Assembly: GCA_028023455.1 (NCBI GenBank)
Contig: JAQFVV010000003.1
Location: 10,726,001-10,790,000 of the forward strand
Direction of reading: 5' to 3'
Length of the DNA: 64,000 bases
DNA from: Epiperipatus broadwayi
Taxonomy: Eukaryota > Animalia > Onychophora
Shown here one piece after another: positions 54,040 to 64,000 of the stretch. The notes beneath the pieces are model-generated. The model was not told the DNA's origin and made no database searches. It saw only the letters and a list, made by a program, of their open reading frames with translations. Both the position numbers and the translations under genes were made by a program. Every line of letters starts with the position of its first letter. The stretch's first letter is position 1.

Positions 54040-54246
54040 AGTTTTAACAAGGCTGTAAACCTTAGCAATGAGCGTCTGAAAAAATCGTCACTAGGGACCT
54101 CTGTAGGTCTTTAAAACACATGCTTACGCTATAAAGACCTACAGAGGTCCCTAGTGACGATTTTTTCAGACGCTCATTGCTACGGTTTACAGCCTTGTTA
54201 AAACTATTACTGAAATAATAGTGAGCGTTTAATAAAATTTATAATT
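54040..54246 (+). mobile_element. Near-perfect hairpin insertion (73-bp arms, 72/73) with tail and 15-bp TSD-like flank
   Basis: Arms 54041-54113 and 54132-54204. ACAAAAGTAATTATT at 54025-54039 and 54247-54261. The tail contains AATAAA. CpGs are undecayed. Confidence 0.85.
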
Positions 54247-54742
54247 ACAAAAGTAATTATTGTAAGATAACTTTTTTTAGTTATTATGTATTTGCATATA
54301 TAAACAGTCTTTCTATCTTTTTCTCTTGAATATTTTGTCATTGTCTTTCTCCATTTTCTTTTTTTTAAATATTATCACTTCTCTCTGCTCTTTCTATCCA
54401 TTTTCTTTTATCTGTCTCTTCTCTTCATTTTTTTTATCTTACTATTCTCAGCCTCTTATAGAAGTGTAGGATGCAATTATCATAAATCTTTTATGCCATA
54501 ATCATTTCTATGTAATAATTATGGCAATGTATGTTTATGCAATCACATTTTTATTTAAATATAATGCATTGTAACAATCTATTTTGTTTTCTGTATTCTC
54601 TAATCTTCTATCTTTTTTTATTTATTGCTTTAGAATGACTACTTATTTATGAGTAGATCCTAATGATGATGATGATATATGAATCTAGTGAATATTTGTA
54701 GTTATACAAATTTGCAAACTAATGTAATTTTTATAATTTCAG

Positions 54743-54928
54743 ATTGAAAGTATTTTTTCTACCACAAAAAGTAACTCCTCAAATACCTGCATATTTGATC
54801 ATTTCTACCGTGAAGGTGAATGCCAATTAGAATATTCTGTTTGCATGAAGCATAACATTGATAAATGTGAATGGTTACATAGTCGGGACTTCAAACAATG
54901 TTTAAGAAGGAAAGAATCTCTTATTTAA
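54743..54928 (+). CDS. Timp: TIMP terminal coding exon (phase 0): IESIFSTTKSNSSNTCIFDHFYREGECQLEYSVCMKHNIDKCEWLHSRDFKQCLRRKESLI*
   Basis: Acceptor ttttataatttcag|. The 5-Cys pattern C..C..YSxC...CxW......C matches the arthropod TIMP C-terminal domain. In frame with the preceding exon (GCECR|I). Confidence 0.9.
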   Translation: MESIFSTTKSNSSNTCIFDHFYREGECQLEYSVCMKHNIDKCEWLHSRDFKQCLRRKESLI

Positions 54929-56859
54929 ACCTTGATTTAGACTTTTTTTTTTTGTAAAAAAAGAAAACCCTATTTGTATTATAAATTGAATGCCATTTAA
55001 TGTACAGATTTTCTGGCTGTGGTGTACTCACTCTTGCCATTACTTAATTTAGAATACAGAGACTTAGAGAAGCTGTGGTAAAGAATATGATTAGTCATAA
55101 ATGCACTGTGTAATTATTTCAATTTTTCACTAATAAGAAGAACGGAAGTATCTTTTATTTTATTCATACAAAGGATATTCCAAACAATTTAATAATGCAC
55201 TAAAGATTAATATTTAATTTTTACCAACATTAAAAAAAGTTAGGAAAAATGTGATTTAATGGTTACTCATACAAAGTTCTACAAATTCTTCATGTCCTCA
55301 TAGATCCATGAAATAGTATTTAAAGCTATATTGACATTCTAACAAAGTGCTAAATTCATATACATAAATATTACTTATTTGGAATTGTTATCAACAATTT
55401 CATATAATTCATATTCCATGATCATCAATTTGTATACTAGTTTGTTCATTAAAATGAACTCTTTATTTTAAAAATAAAATTTACTAAGCACTTTAAATAC
55501 TTTTTTTTTTTGCACCAAATTATTTAATTGTATGCAAAACCAGAAACGCACACATATATATAATTTGTTAGAAATAATATTTTTAACACTATAATACATA
55601 TGATATTAAAAGAGAAATTTCTATTTATCATTAATGCTTATTCTCAATTTAGTATCAAATATATGTCATCAAGTGAAATAATATTGTAAAAGAAATCAAA
55701 CCCTCACAAAATTCATAAATTGTCCTAACACATGCTCAATAAAGCAAACATAACGAATTAAATATTATATCAATAAATCACAAATGTACAGTATAGTTGG
55801 AGAATGTGAACATATATTTGTGGCTTATTGATTTAATATTTAAACTATTATGTTTTCTAAGTTGAACATATATTTAGAGTGCTAGTCCAACTAAATGAAC
55901 CTGTGTTTTCCTTTTCATGAAACACATCTGATGAAAATGTGTTTTCTTCTTTTGCAGTTTGTTTCCACTTGCTAGCATATATATCTGACCACACAATACT
56001 AGCTAAGAAGTAAAAATAAATAAATTTTCATTATTATCATCCATATACATATATAACAGATGAAAAAAAAATTGTCTATAAAGATTCTACTACTGGAAAA
56101 TGTTTCATTAACAGAACTTGTAAAGAAATGGTGAAGAGAAGAAAGTATTAGCTGACTAACATATGTGTAAGTTATCAACTTGAATAAAATATTAAGGTTT
56201 GAAATAACTTTGTTGATTATCATGATCAAAAACAATACTTGTTTATCAATAATACAATAAATCCATATATGTATATTTTATAGAAATTTCACCTAGTATT
56301 ATGCATTTTTTCTTTATATATATATGCAGCATTAGAAAGGACAATATACATGTACACCCGGGTCTCATTTTATGCGGATTTATTTAATGCGATTTTGAAG
56401 TTATGCAATTCATGTTTCTTAATATCTTTGTATGCAGTTTTCTTTTATGCGATAAAAATTACTGTATTAGATTGGAAGTTGAACTCTGATAAAGCGCTAT
56501 TACTTTAAATATCAAATTTTGCGTACTTACATGTCATATTTAAAATAATAGCGCATGATCGGAGTTAGACTTCCATCTAATAATTTCAATATGTTCAGCA
56601 CTTTATAATAGTACTGTAATAGATTTTATGCAATAAAGAAGTTCATAATTCACTTAAAATCAGGATTTCCCCATTTTATGTACACACATTAAATTTTACA
56701 AGATTATAATGTAAATCTGTTCAAACATTATAGATGCCTATACTATGCATGTTGTTGTTTTTGCATTTTAAATCACATTCTATTTTTGCTTTTTTAAAAA
56801 AGAGTACATAATCAATTAATCATTTAGTGTCTGCAAGTTTATTTTTAAAAGGTGAGTAA

Positions 56860-57074
56860 CAGCGGTGGGCACAATTAAATTTGACAATTAAAAATTAAAA
56901 TCTGATTTTTAATTGTAATTAACAATTTAAAAATTACGTAAGGTGACCTGAAATTAATGTGATGTGAAACAATGAAATTTGATTTTTAAATGGAATTGAA
57001 AATTAAAAAATTAAAGACAAAAATAAGAATTTAATTTTTAATTGTTAGTTTTAATTAAATTTTGCCCAACAGTG
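56860..57074. mobile_element. hAT-type MITE nested in the Tigger 5' region
   Basis: CAGCGGTGGGCA...TGCCCAACAGTG termini. 8-bp TSD gtgagtaa (56852-56859) / gtgagtag (57075-57082). Confidence 0.75.
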
Positions 57075-57144
57075 GTGAGTAGGTGTCTTTTTATTATCAT
57101 AAGTCTAAGTTCTTATTTTTATTTTAAACTTTTAGTTTACCCTA

Positions 57145-58854
57145 ATGGAGAGGAAAAAACACCCAAGAAAAGGAATTTCTTTGGAAACAAAAATTTCAAT
57201 TTTAGATCGCTTAGAAACAGGGAAAGGATCAACAGCTATTGGAAAACATTTTAGTCTAGGCGAGTCTACTATAAGAGCAATTAAAAAAAATGAAGATGCA
57301 ATAAGAAAATTTGTCATTTTTGGCATAAAATTAAATGCCAAATTATCACAATATTCAAGAGATGATTTATTAGAAAAAATGGAACGAGCACTCATAATCT
57401 GGATTGAAGAATTATCTCAAAGAAGAATTCCTTTAAGCGTTTATTTAATTCGATGAAAAGCTCTTCAGTTTTATGAACAAATAAATGTATCCGAACCATC
57501 TACTTCCACTTCTCAGACTAATAAGGAATTTTTGGCTAGCAAAGGATGGTTAACCGGGTTTTTAAAAAGGAATGCACTACATAATGTGAAGATTACGGGT
57601 GAGGTTGCATCGGCAGATGAAAAAGCTGCCAAAAATTTTCCTGAAGAATTAGCAAAAGTTATTGAAGATGGTGGATATTGTCCACACCAAGTATTTAATG
57701 TTGATGAAACAGGACTATTCTGAAAAAAATTGCCTAATCGAACTTATATTGCAAAGTCAGAGAAAAAATCCAGTGGGTTTAAAGCAAGTAAAGATCGAAT
57801 AAGATTGTTGCTTTGTAGCAATGCATTGGGAGATCGGATGCTGAAACCTCTCATGGTAAACCAATCTTTAAGACCATGCACTTTAAAAGGTAAAGATAAA
57901 AAACAACTGCAGGTACACTGGATGGCTAATACAAAGGCTTGGGTGACAATTGCAATATTTAGTGACTGGTTTAATAATTGCTTTTTACCAGAAGTGGAAA
58001 TGTATATGAAGCAAAAAGGTCTGGATTTCAAAATTTTATTACTTGTTGACAATGTACCAGGTCATCCACATTTAGAACATCCAAATGTAAAGGTTATGTT
58101 TTTTCCACCTAATACATCAAGCATTATTCAGCCATTAGATCAAGGCATAATTGCAACTTTTAAATAATATTACGTTAAATGCACTTTTCAATTTATATTA
58201 GATAAACTCGAAAATGAATCAATAGTGGTAACTGACGCTTGGAAAAAATTTACAATCTTTGAGTGTATAAATCATGTTGCATTTGCTGTTACTCAAATAA
58301 AACCACACACTTTAAATGCTTGTTGGAAAAAGGTTTGGCCTACATGTCTTGAAAACAGTGCAGCTATTCAAACATTGGCATTATCAGATGAAATAATTAC
58401 TTTGGCACATGATATTGGTGGAGAAGGTTTTGATTCCTTTAGCCAGAATAATATCGATGAATTGCTTGAGAATAATGTCTTAAATGACAATGATATTATT
58501 GCAATAAGTTTAGATGCAGAAGAAAATGTAGAAAATGATAATGAAACAGAAGTGGAACCTGTTCCTTTTACTGCAAAAATGATTCGAGAAGGTCTTCAAC
58601 TTTCTAATCAATTGGCAAATTATTTTCTTATTAATGACACTAATCACGAATGTGCTCTTAAATTCCAATGAGAGCTAAATGGTTGTATGTCTGGATATCG
58701 TGAGCTTCATAAACAATTAATAAAATCATCATCTCAAAGTTTAATTACTAATTATGTTATCACCAGAAAACCATTAATACAACACGAGACTGAAGTTGGC
58801 ACTAGTTGTATTTCCTCTTGTGATGAATCTGATTTTTTACCAGTTTACAAATGA
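57145..58854 (+). pseudogene. Tigger/pogo transposase (HTH + DDD), four in-frame stops, no frameshift
   Basis: All four ORF-track pieces share one frame. Motifs FNVDETGLF, LLLVDNVPGH and IIQPLDQGII give 29 residues between the 2nd and 3rd D. Stops at 57454, 57721, 58165 and 58669. Confidence 0.95.
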
Positions 58855-60727
58855 ACCTATTTATTGGCAAATAGCGATAATAATTAAAATACTGTACATG
58901 TATGAAAAAATGTAAATTACTGTAAATTACACATAAAAATATATTGTTTTGAATAAAATTAAATACTATAGTTAATAAAAATGGTAAAAAACGTTTGTCT
59001 TGTATCAATTTTTTTCAAATTTGAAAATTTTTATTTGTTATATTTTATTTTATTTTTTTTTTGTGCAAATTTTAAAGTAATTTTATGTTGGTGCTTTGGT
59101 TTTCTGAGATTTTTGAAAATGACAGTACTTATCCCCATTTTTCAAGGTAAGTTACATCTATTTTTGTGCAATTTCTTTTGTGTGCGTTTTCTGAGGAACC
59201 TATCTACCGCATAAAATGAGACCCAGGTATATTTAAATATTATATATGTAGTATTATATGCATTAGAACATTAAATTATAATTTAGCCAGTATAGAAAAG
59301 CTATGGAAATAAAGAATCAAAAACTACATATTCACTAAGGAAAAAAAAATAAAAAATTGGATGTCTATGGGCATATTATGAATTATTGTTAATTTTGTAT
59401 AACTTAAGTCAAGAATCATGGTATCTGTAATAGCATAAGGGAATCACTCATGACATATGCACTGAGAAATACTAAACACAAGATAGAGTTTTTGGAAAGA
59501 TAAGAATGAATACACTATATATTTTTTACCTAAATGAATATATATATATATATAAGCCAATCTTAAGCATTTAGAAATAAGAATGTGAAAGTCAATCCAT
59601 TCACTATATATTAATAAAAGACATTTGCAAAATTATTACAAATTACTGCACATCAGTATTAGATATCTAGCACAATGTTTTTATTTGTTATAGCATAAGG
59701 GAATTATCTCCAGCATGTATGCTGTATGACTTTATTTATAATGCTGAGGACAAGACAAGCTCTTTGAAAATTTAAGAATGAATCTACCTTATCTTTTTTA
59801 TCTAAATGTATATATATTTTAATAGTCTACCCATGATCCTATTCTAAGAATTTGAGTGAGAACAGGTTATTACCTGAACTTCAAGTAGGTATATTTATGA
59901 GAATGGAACAAGTCCGATCTCAAACGCCAATCTGGGTACCTTATCCAGACTAGCTCAGTCTCGAGGTCTGGGAGACAATGTCTATTGGGAGAATGAAGCC
60001 AAGGTTATCTTACAAAGAAACCTCATTTATATACTTTTATAATTTTCATATCTGCTCTACGAATCTTATTATTCTATTTTTTTTTTAGAGATATACGGTA
60101 ACGAATATCAGTAAGCTTTTATAAATAATAACCCAGAAATTATAAGAACCTCATAATTCAAATAAATACACAAGTTATAGTTTAAAATTCTAATATTTAT
60201 TAATACACATTTATACTAATAACTCAATCATACAATCCAGTCATTCTGATACATACATATATATATAATATCAGTATACACATTCACGAAAAGTGCAACT
60301 ATGCATTAGAGCTGTATTTATTAAATAATTTAATCTATTTCCTATAATTCTTTCTTTAAGTTGGAACAAAGTGCATATTTCTTAATTTATCACCAAATTA
60401 TTATATGTTCCTTCAATATATAGAGAGAAAGTCATATTTACCTCTTGAGGGCTAACATTCGGGTGTTAAAGGCTGATGATCTGTAAGCTTACAGTATTAC
60501 AATGGTGATTGCTTTAGCGAGAGTTGTCAGTCTGAAAGATGATGAAAGATTTCATAATATTTACACATGATAATCCATCCTAGAGGTGTTAGGTAAACGA
60601 TTCTAAAATTGAAGGCACAAAAGTTCTTGTTGTTTGGAGCTCTGCAATCACTTCACTTGCTTGAAATAGACAGTAAAATCTCCATAGACAAAGATCATCA
60701 TGGTAGGCAGGTCACAAACAGCTATAC

Positions 60728-61100
60728 CAGGGGTCCCCAATCTTTTTGCACTTAAGAGCACATTCTATAATACCGGCCAGGTGATGGGCACCATTTATTT
60801 TTTCAACCAGGTGGTGAGCACCATTTATTTTTTCAATGTAAATTTATAATTGGATATTGTTAATAATATACATAATGTACAAAAAAATATTTATTTTAAA
60901 AATAAAATTTTAACATATAATTAACGTTTATATTTTTATGCTGTAAAAGTATAGTATGCCCTACAATTTGATTACAATATAATACAATAATTTATAAGAA
61001 ATTTTAAAAATTAAATTTATTTGTATCAGATAAATAATTTTTTATCGTGTTCGGATAGCGGCAGGCACACGTAAAATGGTCATACGGTTGGGGATTCCTG
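60728..61100. mobile_element. hAT (Charlie-like) MITE
   Basis: CAGGGGTCCCCAA...TTGGGGATTCCTG. 8-bp TSD agctatac/agatatac. Confidence 0.85.
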
Positions 61101-62439
61101 AGATATACACTAGCCAGTTTAATGAATCCACCCAATTCTTTTACCCCAGCATTTCAATGGAATCCATTCTCATTAATTTTTATTAATGAATCAAATCAGT
61201 TTATGAAAATTTACTTTCCATGCTTTCTCTGTAACGATCACTTTTCCGAATCACTCTTAAATCAAAAATATATATATATAGTTCTTTTCTTTTAACTTTA
61301 TTTCACCTCATTTTCTTTTTTTTATCTATCCATACGCTGATGACCATTATCTCAGGAATGCTTTTAGCAAAATCAAGTTTCATTGTCTCAAAATACTTAA
61401 TGGCCAATTCTTGGAATTCTGACAAGCATCATTAACAGAAATCGCCCGTGGCATAACTTGCAACTACTTTTATTACTCTTTCCAGCTTTATTTTTAATTT
61501 GCTTTCATTAAGAAACATGCACTACAAATGACATTATTTCAATAATTATAACTTATGGTAATAAATGACAAAAATATATAAAACAAAAATATAAAATTAC
61601 AACTCCACACATAACCGCTTCTCTTCATCTTCACATACAAATCTATCTGTTAGTAATTAATTCTACACAACAAAACGTGTAATAAATATGTATATGTTCA
61701 TGCCTTAAATGGTTAATGTATTTCACTCACACTCTTTTGTAACAGGGTTTGAATGTATATCTATAAATTTTCTCGCATCTATTAATTTAATCCATGATAA
61801 CCACAATAAATACTTTTATAATCATTAGTGCCTTTTACTTCCTTTAGTAAGCATATTCGAACCCAGCTACTGTTACAATACATATAGGTCAACTTTAAGC
61901 ATTTAGAAATGAGCATAATGGTCTAAATAAATAATTAGTTATATATATTTAATATTATATCTAATACTGATGTACACTAAATTGGTAATAATTTTGCAAA
62001 CATCATTTATTAATATACAGAGAATGGAATTAAAAGTGATTAATTAAGATCTTCACATTTTCATTTCTAAATGCATAATATTGGTCTATATTTAGGTTTT
62101 ACAAAAAGGTGAATTCATTTTTATCTTTTGAAAGACTATCTTATGTTTAGAAAGTAAGAGTATTCCTTAGCTTATAAATTCATACAGCATATATGTCAGA
62201 GATGATTCCCTTAGGCTATTACATTTAATACTAACATGGAGTAAATTGAAATAATTTCACAAACATTATCACTGATTAATAAATTATTGTTGCTAGATGT
62301 ATATTTGTTTTTCATTTCACCACATATATCTTTTAATCACTTGAATAGGCATTTGAGAACGATAAAATGTCTATTCATGTGATTAAAAAGTATATGTGAT
62401 GAAATTAAAAATATAAGTCTCACAATAATAATTTATTAA

Positions 62440-63948
62440 TCAGTGGCAGTCTCATTTTATGAGGTAGATAGGTTCCACAAAAAACACGCATAAAAGAAAT
62501 CGCACAAAAGTAGACTTAACTTACATTGAAAAATGTGGGATATGTTCCATAATTTTCAAAAATCATATAAAAGCAAAGCAACAATGTAAAATTACTTTAA
62601 AATTTGCATTAAAAAAAGGAAATAAAGTATGAGTAATAAAAAAATTCAAATATTTGAAAAAAATTGATACAAGACAAACTTTTTTTATTAAGTATTTAAT
62701 TTTATTCAAAACAATGTTTTTATGTATAATTTATTTTACATTTTTTCAAACATATTTTAATCATTATCACTATATGCAGATATGTTTGAAAACTGATAAA
62801 TCAGATTCATCACAAGAGGAAATACAATTAGCGTTAACTTCAGTCTCATGCTGTATTTAATAAGTGCATCATCTGAAAATTTTAATTTATGGCTTCAAGC
62901 CACTCTAAAACCATCATTATTGTAGTGAATTTATGGTCTTTTTAAAGCTTAAAATGTACCATAAGGTGCTGATTTGTTGCTGCTCATTTTGAACCAAAGG
63001 GAGCACTTGACATTCAAAATGAAAATGTATATTTTAGAGTATTTTTTCCATATTTTTTTCCATATAAATTATTTTGATAAAATCTGCTGAAAATATAATT
63101 ATTTTAGAAAAATAGTTAAGATTTTAGTAAAAATTATTTACTTTTGCATGAACAAATAATTATTTTAAAAAAATAGTTGATTTAGTAAAAAATTTTTACT
63201 TTTACACGAATGTAAATTGTGAAAAAAATCAATGACATATGCAGCATTTTCTAATAGGTTACGAATGTTCTTTTTAGGTTATCCACTATATAATATTTTT
63301 ATAATTATAAATAGAAATTTATTTTTGAAAAAACTTCACTTTCATAATCTGACAAATTATTAATTTGCTTTTTAAAAATTAATCTAATATTAAAAGGCGA
63401 ATATATTTTTACTACTGATTCTGTAATTGAAGCCATCAAAAGTTTAAAATTTTAATTCACCCAGCCAATAAAAAAATTTTCAGTCTAAAAGTTAATGGTT
63501 TTCTGTCAACAATATAATCGGTGATTAAGCTTTGAGATGATGATTTTATTAATTATTTATGAAGCTCGCTATATCCAGACATACAATTATTTATCTCATT
63601 GAAATTTAAGACATCACTCATAATTCATGTCTTTAACAAGAAAATGATTGTCCAAGTCATTAGAAAATTTAAGACTTTCTCGAATCATTTTTGCTGTGAA
63701 ATGATTGGGTTCCAATTTTGTTTCATCATCTTTTTCTAAATCTTCTACACTATCTAAATTTATTGCCAAACCTTTTTCCAACAGCCATTTAAAATATGTA
63801 AAATATAATGTGTGCATATAAAATGGGGAAATCCCTATTTTAAGTGAAATATGAACTTCTTTATCACATGAAAGAAAACTGCATGAAAAGATATTAAGAA
63901 GAAACATGAATCGCATTTAAAAAATATGCATAAAACGAGATCCGGGTG
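62440..63948 (-). mobile_element. Internally deleted copy of the same Tigger family, inverted orientation
   Basis: Both ends match 56355-59229 (gtctcattttatg..gtagataggttcc; gcataaaacgagatccgggtg|ta). Retains only the C-terminal coding part (EPNHFTAKMIRESLKFSNDLDNHFLVKD versus EPVPFTAKMIREGLQLSNQLANYFLIND). Confidence 0.9.
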
Positions 63949-64000
63949 TATTTTCTATTCCTAATCAACTTCTATTTTTCCAGATTTTCTGATTTACTAA

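Larger units (their letters stand above)
56355..59229 (+). mobile_element. Full-length Tigger/pogo DNA transposon
   Basis: TIRs CACCCGGGTCTCATTTTATGCGG / CCGCATAAAATGAGACCCAGGTA. TA at 56353-56354 and 59230-59231. Internal transposase. Confidence 0.95.

Noticed and set aside
60473-60505. CTGATGA followed by a perfect hairpin as an HHR
   Set aside because: No GAAA box after the hairpin.
4917-63916. Most 60-110 aa ORFs in the supplied track
   Set aside because: They are low-complexity I/F/L/K/N-rich products of AT-rich DNA or antisense frames of TEs. Only the RTE, PLE, RT and Tigger pieces are meaningful.

Overview
Very AT-rich, CpG-depleted eukaryotic DNA, probably from an arthropod (chelicerate-like; inferred from the TE complement and the TIMP C-terminal cysteine pattern). 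The only host gene I can support is a plus-strand TIMP (tissue inhibitor of metalloproteinases). Four coding exons with GT-AG introns in compatible phases lie at 31541-31626, 40978-41083, 47016-47140 and 54743-54928. They are too short to appear in the ORF track. The exon encoding the signal peptide and Cys1-x-Cys3...Cys13 was not found in the 31.5 kb upstream. The rest is transposon-derived: three RTE LINE copies, a young RTE-X-like LINE, several Penelope-like element (PLE) fragments (RT and GIY-YIG), a full-length Tigger/pogo with a nonsense-inactivated transposase plus an internally deleted copy, hAT- and Merlin-like MITEs, and tRNA-derived SINEs. The most striking pattern is five insertions that share one architecture: long direct repeat (13-20 bp, TSD-like), inverted repeat/hairpin abutting it, 30-75 nt unique tail, second direct repeat. 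Three of the five carry hammerhead ribozyme (HHR) cores, one nearly intact (38261-38305, minus). A sixth, older homolog is physically joined to a PLE RT. These look like MITEs but are better explained as PLE-mobilised, HHR-bearing pLTR/retrozyme-like insertions. All calls are by eye; no database searches or folding programs were run.
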